The notes under the pieces were generated by a model, which was not told the DNA's origin, ran no database searches, and worked only from the letters and a program-made list of their open reading frames with translations. Made by a program: the position numbers and the translations under genes. 64,000 nucleotides of DNA, taken from positions 4,524 through 68,523 of the forward strand of contig SVJB01000007.1 in NCBI GenBank assembly GCA_015069185.1, in the 5' to 3' direction. Below are positions 17,591 through 26,828 of this stretch, one piece after another; position 1 is the first letter of the stretch, and each line of letters starts with the position of its first letter. The stretch is from Oscillospiraceae bacterium. Its GTDB lineage: Bacteria; Bacillota; Clostridia; UBA1212; UBA1255.

Positions 17591-19018
17591 TTATCGTAAC
17601 ACTGAAACTGCATCACCAATTGTCTTCTCAAGAGCTTCACGACCGTATTTGTCAACTTCAGCCTTATTTTTTTCTCCGTGAGTAAGACAACCTGCGCCGC
17701 CGATACATCCTCCTACACAAGCCATACCTTCAATAAAATTACCATCAAGTATGCCTTTGTTCAACTTAAGTAATGCCATGCGACAAGCTTCAATACCATC
17801 ACAAACAACAGGCTTAATCTCAAAATCAATGTTTTGTTCCTTCATTGCCTGTGTTGTTGCATCAGTAAGTCCACCTGAGCGAGCAAAGATACGGCCAAAA
17901 TAAGAGGCATTATCCAGTACTCCTTCTTCAAGCGAGGCAATGTCAATATCACGGCTGTCAAACAACGCCTGCAGTTCCTCAAAAGTCATCACGTTATCTA
18001 CATACGGTTTTACTTCCTCAAGCTGTGCTTCTGCTTTCTTAGCCGTACATGGTCCCACAAAAATAACCTTTGCATTCGGTGTTGTATCTTTAATATATTT
18101 TGCCATTACAGCCATAGGCGACATGTTGTGTGAGATATGCTCAACCAGAGACGGGAAAGCAGATTTAATATACTGTACAAATGCCGGACAACAAGAACTG
18201 GTCAACAAACCTTTCTCTGACAATTCACGTGCCTCTTCCATCGCAACCATATCTGCACCAAGTGCTGCTTCTATCACATCCTGGAATCCCAGTTGCTTCA
18301 TACCTGTAACAACCTGTCCTAACCTTGCATAAGAAAACTGACTGGAAATAGATGGCGCTACAATTGCATATACCTTATAGCCACCTTGTTTATTGCGATT
18401 ACTTTTTTTCAATATCTCAATGGCATCTACCATGTATGATTTATCCATAATAGCGCCAAAAGGACATTGATATACACAGGCTCCGCACTGAATACATTTT
18501 GAATTGTCAATAGCTGCGGCTTTCTGCTCATTCATGTATATCGCCTTAACTTTACAGGCATTCTGGCACGGACGCTTGCGACTGACGATTGCAGTATACG
18601 GGCATACCTTAGCACATGCACCGCATTCCTTGCATTTAGTTTTATCAATATGCGCCACATGATTATGATCAAAAGAAATCGCACCAAATTTACAGGCATC
18701 CACGCACCGATGGGCAAGACAGCCACGGCAAGCGTTAGTGACCTCATATCCGCCTACAGGACATTCATCGCAGGCAATATCAATAACTTCGATCACATTA
18801 GGATTACTTATATCCCCGCCCATGGCAAGCTTAACCCGCTCGCCTAGAATTGCTCTTTCTTTGTAAACACAGCAACGCATAGTAGATTCTTTCCCCGGAA
18901 CAATAGTCTTTGGAATATCTAAGATATTCTCCAGCAAAACATCATCCCACGCCAGACGTGCCACCTCGCATAACACCTTGTGTTTCAGATACTGTACGTT
19001 TGTGTCAAACTTTCTCAT
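17591..19018 (-). CDS. [FeFe] hydrogenase, monomeric catalytic type (group B-like) with N-terminal ferredoxin-type clusters
   Basis: H-cluster motifs TSSCCP (L1), GPCTAKKAE (L2) and EGMACVGGCIGGAG (L3). Two CxxCxxCxxxCP 4Fe-4S motifs. Confidence 0.75.
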   Translation of the reverse strand: MRKFDTNVQYLKHKVLCEVARLAWDDVLLENILDIPKTIVPGKESTMRCCVYKERAILGERVKLAMGGDISNPNVIEVIDIACDECPVGGYEVTNACRGCLAHRCVDACKFGAISFDHNHVAHIDKTKCKECGACAKVCPYTAIVSRKRPCQNACKVKAIYMNEQKAAAIDNSKCIQCGACVYQCPFGAIMDKSYMVDAIEILKKSNRNKQGGYKVYAIVAPSISSQFSYARLGQVVTGMKQLGFQDVIEAALGADMVAMEEARELSEKGLLTSSCCPAFVQYIKSAFPSLVEHISHNMSPMAVMAKYIKDTTPNAKVIFVGPCTAKKAEAQLEEVKPYVDNVMTFEELQALFDSRDIDIASLEEGVLDNASYFGRIFARSGGLTDATTQAMKEQNIDFEIKPVVCDGIEACRMALLKLNKGILDGNFIEGMACVGGCIGGAGCLTHGEKNKAEVDKYGREALEKTIGDAVSVLR

Positions 19019-19027
19019 AGAACCTCC

Positions 19028-19969
19028 TTAGAAGTTAACATTCTTAATAACACTTTTGAGAGCCTCTGCTGACTTATAGAGCTTTTCCATCTCTTCATCA
19101 GATAATTTCTGTGTAACTATTGATCTAACACCGTCAGAGCCTACCAGGGTAAGAGAGCTGAGGCAAACATCATTTAACCCATATTCACCCTCATGCAGAG
19201 AAGAAACTGTCATCAGACTTTCTGTATTACCGCTAATTGTTTTTACAATTTGCATACTGGATGTTGCAATACCATATACGGTGCAGCCTTTTCGTGAAAT
19301 AATTTTACCGCCTGATTTTCTTACGTAATTTTCTACATCTTCACGCTTATATTCAGTAGGCAAGGTATATGCATTGGCAATTGATTCAGGGAATTCAGTC
19401 AGCGGTACACCGGCAATGGTTGCTGTAGACCATGCAACAAAAGAACTGTCACCATGTTCGCCCAGAACATTGGCGTGAACCTGCTTCTTATTAACATTGT
19501 ATATCTCTGCAAGACGTGTACGAAGTCTGATAGTATCCAATACTGTACCTGTACCAAATACCTTATTCTTAGGCAGACCTGTGTATTTCAAAAATGCATA
19601 TGTTAATATATCTACAGGATTAGCAACTAATATGTATGTAGCATCCGGAGCATACTTTACAATTTCAGAAGAAATACTTTTAATAATGCCAACATTATTC
19701 TGTACAAGCTCCAATCTTGTCTGACCCGGTTTACGTCCCATACCGGATGTAATAATTACAACTTGTGATCCCACTGCATCTCTATAATCACCTGCATATA
19801 TATCACAGTTGCCTAAGAAAGGAGTTGCTTGCTTTATATCAAGAGCCTCTCCTAATGCTTTTGTTGTATTTATATCAATCAATACCACCTCTGTTGCTGC
19901 TTCACATGCCAGCAAAGAATATGCTGTTGTAGATCCTACTGCTCCTGCGCCAATAATTGTTACTTTCAT
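19028..19969 (-). CDS. ldh: L-lactate dehydrogenase
   Basis: GAGAVG Rossmann motif and catalytic GEHGDS. ATG 19969 lies 8-9 nt from GGAG. ATG 19975 is also in frame. Confidence 0.85.
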   Translation of the reverse strand: MKVTIIGAGAVGSTTAYSLLACEAATEVVLIDINTTKALGEALDIKQATPFLGNCDIYAGDYRDAVGSQVVIITSGMGRKPGQTRLELVQNNVGIIKSISSEIVKYAPDATYILVANPVDILTYAFLKYTGLPKNKVFGTGTVLDTIRLRTRLAEIYNVNKKQVHANVLGEHGDSSFVAWSTATIAGVPLTEFPESIANAYTLPTEYKREDVENYVRKSGGKIISRKGCTVYGIATSSMQIVKTISGNTESLMTVSSLHEGEYGLNDVCLSSLTLVGSDGVRSIVTQKLSDEEMEKLYKSAEALKSVIKNVNF

Positions 19970-19993
19970 TTTCATTTCTCCTCTTTGTCATAT

Positions 19994-21166
19994 TTAAAAA
20001 TAGCTTACTTTTATACGTTTTCCCATTTTTTTCAAGCAAGCGGAAAGCTCTTCAACAAGATTCATCTTGATATTAAAATTAATTGGCAAATCCGGATTCT
20101 GGTGGGCCGGATTAACCGCCCTGCCAACATAAAAATTAATATCTGTAGCTTCTTCAAACAACAATCTGCTAATCATAGATGCGCCGTCTTTATTAAAGCT
20201 CCATTCTTCATACAATTCATTTTCACCAAGATAATCATTGGCATATTGTATGACCTTATTCATTGTGATAACACCCTCTGTCACAAGATCAACACCTTCT
20301 AATGTGGCAATCGGTGGGACATCACTACGCTCAAAGCTAAGACTTGCCCTAATAGGTTTGCCCAGATATTTTGCAGCAATAGATGATGTAGTACCACCGC
20401 AGATAATATGTTTACCTTCCTTTGAAAAGAAAAGAGACATCATACGGTTGGCATCGTCGCGATTAGATGGCGGGCCAAACAGAATATTCATAGGTTCTCG
20501 TTTACGGATTCTCACAACACATGCCGTAGTGTCGTCACCGGGCTCATGACCATATAGCATGTCGCACTCATCTACTAACATCGTAGACATATTCTTTGCT
20601 GTATATCCTCCGGCAACAACTGCCTGCATATAGTCAGCTATCTCCTCTCTCCTCCAGCCAAAATTATATCTACCACCCATACCGGCATGAGGACAACCAT
20701 CACTCATAGCCACAAACACATCATTTTCCTGCAATCTGATGGTAGATTTATATATTTTCTTTCCTCCGATATTCATCTCTGTCATAGGATAACTATATTG
20801 TTGATAATTCCTTATAACAATTACATGTGGATTATCATACTGAATAATCTCTGCCACTTCATTGTTCAGAAGATGAATTATCGTAAAGGTTGAATATGCT
20901 ACTCCGCGCACAGAACAAACAGGTAAAGTCGCTGCGATTGTTGACACACACTCCTCAATAGGTAACCCTGCTGCCATCATCGTTGAGATAATCTTAGCGG
21001 TAAGCGTAGATAGTATACTGGCCTTAACACCGGAGCCAAGGCCATCGGCAAGCACAATAACAGTTGAATTTTCGCTTTCCTCTACGATATCAACGTGATC
21101 TCCACAAAGCTCTTCGCCCACATGATTGATACTCTTATATCCGATATCTGCACATAAATCATTCAT
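19994..21166 (-). CDS. PP2C/SpoIIE-family protein phosphatase with ~160-aa C-terminal domain of unknown function
   Basis: GEELCGDHV...VLADGLGSGVKASILS...VAMSDG...DDTT metal-binding Asp pattern of SpoIIE/PPM. ATG 21166 has AGGAG 10 nt upstream. Overlaps the hydS 3' end. Confidence 0.7.
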   Translation of the reverse strand: MNDLCADIGYKSINHVGEELCGDHVDIVEESENSTVIVLADGLGSGVKASILSTLTAKIISTMMAAGLPIEECVSTIAATLPVCSVRGVAYSTFTIIHLLNNEVAEIIQYDNPHVIVIRNYQQYSYPMTEMNIGGKKIYKSTIRLQENDVFVAMSDGCPHAGMGGRYNFGWRREEIADYMQAVVAGGYTAKNMSTMLVDECDMLYGHEPGDDTTACVVRIRKREPMNILFGPPSNRDDANRMMSLFFSKEGKHIICGGTTSSIAAKYLGKPIRASLSFERSDVPPIATLEGVDLVTEGVITMNKVIQYANDYLGENELYEEWSFNKDGASMISRLLFEEATDINFYVGRAVNPAHQNPDLPINFNIKMNLVEELSACLKKMGKRIKVSYF

Positions 21167-22847
21167 CGCCAATAGACTCCTTTAATTTTGTCAAAGCGAT
21201 CTTAGTCTCTGCTGCAGTCTCTCCAAGTAATGACGCAATTTCCTGAACAATCCTCATCTGTTTCTCAACCACACTGTCTGCAACATCCAAAGTATGTTGG
21301 TTGATTCTTGCCTTCTTCTCACGCTCTGCCTCATCATCTGTAATATCTTTCATAATGCCAACAAGCATGTGTGATTCGTGATCATATACAACAGTCTGTT
21401 CTACATATCTCTTGTATTCTGCAAGATATGTTCTTTGATTACGAACTGATCTACCGCTGTCCTTAACCTGTACAAAGATCGCAGGATCAAGAATACGAAT
21501 TACAGGTTCTCCTAAAACGTCTGATTCGTCACGTATATTCATTATCTTACGGGCCGCTGTATTTACCTGCTGTACCTCAAGATTTTCATTAAGAACAATA
21601 AGGCCATTTGGTGTATTCTTAACAATAGTATCAGAGAAACTCTCTGCTTTATCCTTCAGGAACGGCAAGCACATAGAGCTCTCTGCTTTACCCTGGATAA
21701 TAGCAATTGCTTTCTCACGGCATGAATTATATCCGCAAGAGCCGCAGTTAAGCTCGTCAGAGGGCTTGAATTTACCCATTTGTCTGAGAGCTGCCATAAT
21801 TTCAGTCTCACTGGGTTGCGGCAGCTTGTGATGGATCATTGAAAAATGTTTCTTAAGCGCCATAGGATCCGGCTGTGTTACTTCAAAATCCTTTTCACCG
21901 GCAAAGTTTACAATTGTCATATAGTCCTTTATAGGCGAGGTGTTGTGGTATTTTTCCATAACAGGGCCACCAATACAGCTGCCTACACAAGCAGACATCT
22001 CAATGAAACATTTATGTATCTTGCCACCTTCAATATCTTTAAGCGCTGCAATACAGTTATCAACACCATCAAGCGCCAGATATGTATATCCAGGCATGTT
22101 TTGTTGCATTGTTTTCAGCACACCACCTGTAGTAGGGAAGAATCTTGCCTTACTCTCTGGCTTCGCATCAACCTTGCGTTCTAACTCAACATGCTCTGCT
22201 TTGAGCCAATTAGTAAGTTCCTCAAAAGTAAGTACCGCATCAACAACGCCTTCATAGTAATCTGCTTCATCTTTCTTAGCAACACAAGGACCAATAAATA
22301 CAGTCTTGGCATTTGGTATACGTCTCTTAATATCAACACAATGAGCCTGCATAGGAGACATTACATCTGCCAGATATTCAAGTGTAGCAGGAAAATATTT
22401 CTGGATCAGTAAATTAATCGAATGACAGCAGGAAGAAATAATAATGTCTCTCTGCTCATCACGTAGCATACGTTCGTATTCATTCTTTACAATAGTAGCA
22501 CCCATCGCTGTTTCCTCTACATCATAAAATCCCAGCTGTTTGAGCGCTTTGCGCATAGCCTCTATACCAACATCTTCATAATTTGCAATAAAAGACGGAG
22601 CAAGACTGACAATAACAGGATCTCCGCTCTGCAGCAAAACACGAACCTTCTCTGTGCTATCTACAATTTCTTTTGCATTTTGAGGACATACTACAAAGCA
22701 ATGGCCACATAAAATACATTCATTACCTATAATATGTGCCTGGTTTCCGGAAAAACGAATTGCCTTTACGGGACAGTGACGGATGCATTTATAACAATTC
22801 TTGCAATTTGATTTTTTTAAAGTAAGACAATCGGCCACAATTGTCAC
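21159..22847 (-). CDS. hydS: Sensory-type [FeFe] hydrogenase (group C, HydS-like) with C-terminal 4-Cys motif and PAS domain
   Basis: N-terminal 2x CxxCxxCxxxCP motifs. H-domain motifs SSCCH, GPCVAKKDE and EMSACVGSCIGG (21975-22001). CGSCGYNSC...C motif. PAS-like region at aa ~405-505. GTG start overlaps the upstream stop (GTGA). Confidence 0.7.
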   Translation of the reverse strand: MTIVADCLTLKKSNCKNCYKCIRHCPVKAIRFSGNQAHIIGNECILCGHCFVVCPQNAKEIVDSTEKVRVLLQSGDPVIVSLAPSFIANYEDVGIEAMRKALKQLGFYDVEETAMGATIVKNEYERMLRDEQRDIIISSCCHSINLLIQKYFPATLEYLADVMSPMQAHCVDIKRRIPNAKTVFIGPCVAKKDEADYYEGVVDAVLTFEELTNWLKAEHVELERKVDAKPESKARFFPTTGGVLKTMQQNMPGYTYLALDGVDNCIAALKDIEGGKIHKCFIEMSACVGSCIGGPVMEKYHNTSPIKDYMTIVNFAGEKDFEVTQPDPMALKKHFSMIHHKLPQPSETEIMAALRQMGKFKPSDELNCGSCGYNSCREKAIAIIQGKAESSMCLPFLKDKAESFSDTIVKNTPNGLIVLNENLEVQQVNTAARKIMNIRDESDVLGEPVIRILDPAIFVQVKDSGRSVRNQRTYLAEYKRYVEQTVVYDHESHMLVGIMKDITDDEAEREKKARINQHTLDVADSVVEKQMRIVQEIASLLGETAAETKIALTKLKESIGDE

Positions 22848-23107
22848 TTCCTTTCATGTTCAATAACATCAAGTATATTATTTTTGAAAAACTCTCTGAA
22901 GTTTTCTCTTGTCACGCCAACATGGACATCATCATTAACCTGGATGGTGACGCCGACACGATTGCACTTTCCTATACAAAAGCTGCCGCAAAGCACTACT
23001 TCATCTTCTATTTTATACTCTTTTAGAGCTTCCTGTAATAACGACACAATATCCTGCGATCCCTTCAGGTGGCAGGATGAACCAACACAAACTTGAATAA
23101 ATAACAT
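22844..23107 (-). CDS. Thioredoxin-like [2Fe-2S] mini-ferredoxin (paralog 2)
   Basis: C-x4-C...C-x3-C pattern (CVGSSCHLKGS...CIGKC). ATG 23107 has AGGGTG 7 nt upstream. Confidence 0.65.
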   Translation of the reverse strand: MLFIQVCVGSSCHLKGSQDIVSLLQEALKEYKIEDEVVLCGSFCIGKCNRVGVTIQVNDDVHVGVTRENFREFFKNNILDVIEHERK

Positions 23108-23111
23108 ATCA

Positions 23112-23354
23112 TTACACCCTTGCAATAATTTCTTTGTTGAAAAACTCGTCTACACTGTCCGGTGTCACTGAATGGAATGTGTCACCTACTGTAACACATA
23201 CTCCCTGTTGACAGTTTCCCATACAGAATGTGCCGCCCAGCTCAACCTTATCACCGATCTTGTTTTCTGCAATCAATGACTGTAGCTGTTCTACTACCTG
23301 TCTGGATCCCTTAATATGACAGGAACTTCCAATACAAACTGTAATCTTAAGCAT
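23112..23354 (-). CDS. Thioredoxin-like [2Fe-2S] mini-ferredoxin (paralog 1)
   Basis: 80 aa. CIGSSCHIKGS...CMGNC shows the same Cys spacing as NuoE/HydC-type 2Fe-2S domains. Confidence 0.65.
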   Translation of the reverse strand: MLKITVCIGSSCHIKGSRQVVEQLQSLIAENKIGDKVELGGTFCMGNCQQGVCVTVGDTFHSVTPDSVDEFFNKEIIARV

Positions 23355-23428
23355 AATGTTTACCTCTTTACCCTCGTAATTATATTTTGAAACAGGCCTA
23401 CGCCTTATGTAATTATTTAATTCGGTGA

Positions 23429-24178
23429 TTATTTATTTCTCACCGTATTTACCCATTTAATCAGAAATTCCCGTTCTCTTTCATTGCACTTAACTAAATC
23501 AGCAGCAGCTACAATAGGAATCCATTTCTGAAAATCTTTCTTGTTTGTATTACTCTTCGTACAAATCATATCCAAATATGTATCTGCTCCTGTCATGTCT
23601 TCATCTAACATAAACAAAAAATACGAGCGAATAACATCTGCCGATGTATTACCTTGTGTGGCACGAGACCAATCCAGAATATATGGAACTTCATTATTAT
23701 CTATAATTATATTAGACGGATTGAAATCTCCATGACATATTCTACTATCCTTTGGCATGTTGTCAAGGCACGAGCAAAGAGCATAGCGCATTGTGGCATC
23801 AATTTCCGTTTGAGCAATTTGCCGACTCATTTTTTCTCTGAGTTTGTCCAGACATGGTGCTGTTTTAGAATGTATATTCATCTGGAGATCTGTGAAAAAA
23901 CTAATGTACTCTTCTTTTTTCTCCGGACATTCTTCCATGTATTGTGCCAGAGTCTTGCCTTTGATAAACTCAGAAACAATTGCCCACTTACCATCCAACA
24001 TGGTAACCTCAATTATTTTAGGAACATTAATACCTGTTTCCTCTATCAGAGATTGGTTAAAAGCCTCCTTGAGCACCTTCGCTTTTGAGTATTCAGCATT
24101 AAACACTTTGATACATCTGTCACCATCTCGATACACTGTTTTATTATTTCTTACGGCAATTACTCTATCTAGTTTCAT
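23429..24178 (-). CDS. Small protein-kinase-like (APH/Bud32/RIO-like fold) kinase
   Basis: Beta3 Lys (RCIKVF), catalytic loop HGDFNPSNIII, and metal-binding ILDWSRA. 249 aa. Confidence 0.6.
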   Translation of the reverse strand: MKLDRVIAVRNNKTVYRDGDRCIKVFNAEYSKAKVLKEAFNQSLIEETGINVPKIIEVTMLDGKWAIVSEFIKGKTLAQYMEECPEKKEEYISFFTDLQMNIHSKTAPCLDKLREKMSRQIAQTEIDATMRYALCSCLDNMPKDSRICHGDFNPSNIIIDNNEVPYILDWSRATQGNTSADVIRSYFLFMLDEDMTGADTYLDMICTKSNTNKKDFQKWIPIVAAADLVKCNEREREFLIKWVNTVRNK

Positions 24179-24232
24179 TTATTGTCTCCTTATAATAATT
24201 ATCTGAATCTTTCAGCCATGTAAGCCAAATGG

Positions 24233-24261
24233 CCGGGTTCTCTTGTTGCAAGAGAACCCGG
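24233..24261 (-). terminator. Strong hairpin (13-bp stem, 3-nt loop) downstream of the Fe-ADH gene; poor U-tract
   Basis: CCGGGTTCTCTTG (24233-24245), loop TTG, CAAGAGAACCCGG (24249-24261). On the minus strand it is followed only by CCATTTGG. Confidence 0.4.
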
Positions 24262-24368
24262 CTCTCGATTACATACAGGATATAATTATTATACCAAGCT
24301 TTTTCTTATTTTTAAAACAGAAAGTATTCAATAAACGAAACTTTTTATTGTCTACAAGTCAGTTGTTA

Positions 24369-25586
24369 TCAGAAATCAACATCTGTATCGTAATAACAAC
24401 ACTTAAGAAGCTTTTCCATTTCTTCTACTGAAATAGCTCTTGGGTTAGAACCTGTGCAGGCATCTGCCACTGCGTTCTTAGCAATCTCAGGAAGTCTCTC
24501 AAGGAAAATATTTTCAGGAATGAAACCATTTTCACAGGGCAGACTGTCAAGACCATAATGCTTGATACACTGAGGAATGTTGAGTGCATCATTCATATTG
24601 CGCAAATATGCAATAAGGTTTGCAACCTTCTCTTCATCATTAGCGCCACCAAGACCCATATAGTCAGCGATCACACCATAACGCTTCTTTGCTGTCTCGT
24701 TCTTTGCGTTGAAAGCAATAACCTTAGGCAGGTACATAGCATTGGCTGCACCATGAATGATGTGTGAGCCAAGATCTTCAAATACAGCACCTGTTTTGTG
24801 TGCCATTGAGTGAACGATACCAAGCAGAGCATTTGAGAATGCCATACCTGCAAGGCACTGAGCATTGTGCATAGAAGCGCGCTTGCTCATATCGCCGTTA
24901 TATGATTCAACTAAATCTTCCTGAATCATTTTGATTGCAAATATAGCAAGAGGATCTGTAAACTCACAGTTAGCAGTAGATACGTATGCTTCAATTGCGT
25001 GAGTCATAGCGTCCATACCTGTGTGAGCTGTTAATTTCTTGGGCATTGTCTCTGCAAGCTCAGGATCAACGATAGCAACATCGGGAGTGATCTCAAAGTC
25101 AGCCAGAGGATACTTGATACCCTTTTTATAGTCTGTAATAACGGAGAACGCTGTCACTTCAGTAGCTGTACCTGATGTTGACGGGATTGCGCAGAAGCGA
25201 GCCTTCTTACGAAGCTCCGGAATACCAAATACTACGCACATTTCTTCAAATGTTATCTCAGGATACTCATATTTAATCCACATTGCCTTTGCTGCATCAA
25301 TAGGTGAACCACCACCGATTGCTACAATCCAGTCAGGCTGGAACTTTGCCATAGCCTCTGCACCCTTCATAACTGTGTCAACAGACGGGTCAGGCTCAAT
25401 ACCTTCAAATAATTCAACTTCCATACCTGCTTCCTTAAGGTATGAAACAACTTTATCAAGGAAACCAAAGCGCTTCATAGAACCGCCTCCGACGCAAACC
25501 ATTGCGCGTGTTCCTTTAAGTGTCTTCAGAGCTTCAAGAGCTCCCTTGCCATGATAAAGATCGCGTGGTAATGTAAAACGTGCCAT
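24369..25586 (-). CDS. Iron-containing (group III) alcohol dehydrogenase
   Basis: 405 aa. GGGSPID motif and His-rich metal site (HxxxH: HSMAH). Typical N-terminus FTLPRDLYHGKGALE. Confidence 0.8.
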   Translation of the reverse strand: MARFTLPRDLYHGKGALEALKTLKGTRAMVCVGGGSMKRFGFLDKVVSYLKEAGMEVELFEGIEPDPSVDTVMKGAEAMAKFQPDWIVAIGGGSPIDAAKAMWIKYEYPEITFEEMCVVFGIPELRKKARFCAIPSTSGTATEVTAFSVITDYKKGIKYPLADFEITPDVAIVDPELAETMPKKLTAHTGMDAMTHAIEAYVSTANCEFTDPLAIFAIKMIQEDLVESYNGDMSKRASMHNAQCLAGMAFSNALLGIVHSMAHKTGAVFEDLGSHIIHGAANAMYLPKVIAFNAKNETAKKRYGVIADYMGLGGANDEEKVANLIAYLRNMNDALNIPQCIKHYGLDSLPCENGFIPENIFLERLPEIAKNAVADACTGSNPRAISVEEMEKLLKCCYYDTDVDF

Positions 25587-25734
25587 AATTTTTCTCCTTT
25601 ATGTTAAATTAATTTTTCACGTATATTATTATACCCTAACTTCCATATCAGTCGGAATTATTAAAATGTTATATCAGTATTATCAATATAGATATAAGTA
25701 AAGAGCATGCTTATTATGCAAAGTTTCTTTCTGC

Positions 25735-26658
25735 TTATTTTATATATTTTCTCCTGGATTCACATAATTTGGTAATAAATTGCTTGTCCAGCTCTGACAA
25801 TTTATATCCTTCCCGGTATATCAGCACATCTTTGTATATTTTCTTATTATCAATACATTTCCTCTGTACAAGGCCATATCGGTCCAGAATTTTCTCCGAA
25901 GCCGGGGATACCCACATAAATGTCTCCGGATTCTCTGACAGTAAATCAAACTGACTTGCCCTCTCGAAAACGAAAATACGGCGCTCAATATTATCTGGCA
26001 ACTCGTCCTTAACAATCTTTGCCAGCGGCAGTGACGGTACATAAGGGTCTGCATGAGCAATCTCTATGTATGGAGTCAGATCCTCAAATGAAATCTCTTC
26101 CATTGCCGCCAACGGATTATCTTTGCTCATAATCAGAATATATGAAAACTCCGTAATCATCTCATACGCAAGGCCTTTTTCCTCCAACATAGCCTTGAAA
26201 TATTTATCATAATTCTCTGCGTATCGTATTATTCCCAGTTTGTAGTCATTATCAAGCACATGGTTTATCGTTCTTTGAGAATTCGTTTCCTTATAAATTA
26301 TTTCTGCCGGATCTTCACTAATACACTTTGAGAACTCTGCAAAAGCATTTGATATGTAGCAAGCCCTGGGTACTGAAATAGAAAACTTTTGTTTCTTGGG
26401 CGTTCCTCGCTTATACAGCATCTCCACTTCGTCTATTTGCTTAAGTATACTCTGTGCATAACTGATGAATTCCTCTCCCTCAGGTGTCAACACCATACCT
26501 TTGGCACTTCTGGTGAAAATAGTAATGCCAAGATCTGCTTCCAGCTCCTTGATAGATCGGCTTATATTCGGTTGTGCGATAACTAAAGTCTCTGCTGCCT
26601 TGTTGAGCGATCCAAGTCTGGCAACCTCAACAGCGTATTTCATATGCAGTATATTCAT
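25735..26658 (-). CDS. LysR-family transcriptional regulator
   Basis: N-terminal wHTH MKYAVEVARLGSLNKAAETLVIAQPNISRSIKELEADLGITIF followed by a ~200-aa effector domain. Confidence 0.8.
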   Translation of the reverse strand: MNILHMKYAVEVARLGSLNKAAETLVIAQPNISRSIKELEADLGITIFTRSAKGMVLTPEGEEFISYAQSILKQIDEVEMLYKRGTPKKQKFSISVPRACYISNAFAEFSKCISEDPAEIIYKETNSQRTINHVLDNDYKLGIIRYAENYDKYFKAMLEEKGLAYEMITEFSYILIMSKDNPLAAMEEISFEDLTPYIEIAHADPYVPSLPLAKIVKDELPDNIERRIFVFERASQFDLLSENPETFMWVSPASEKILDRYGLVQRKCIDNKKIYKDVLIYREGYKLSELDKQFITKLCESRRKYIK

Positions 26659-26752
26659 AATGTTATCACCCTCCTTATAGAATCCCTCTTAGAGCACCAC
26701 AATATCATAAAGGAACAAAGAAATCAAGGTGAGCGGACTTCATCGATTCCAA

Positions 26753-26781
26753 TTGCAACATCACTCCCATAATGCTATAAT
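26753..26781 (+). promoter_or_regulatory. SigA-type promoter of the Dlt-like operon
   Basis: TTGCAA (26753-26758), 17 nt spacer, TATAAT (26776-26781), 47 nt upstream of ATG 26829. Confidence 0.55.
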
Positions 26782-26828
26782 AAAAGGTGGCGTTTTGCGC
26801 CCAAAAATTATCGGAGCGATTTTAACAA

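Noticed and set aside
17591-22847. Checked hydrogenase genes for in-frame stop codons (selenocysteine or read-through)
   Set aside because: Both ORFs are continuous, with Cys at all cluster-ligand positions. There is no in-frame TGA.
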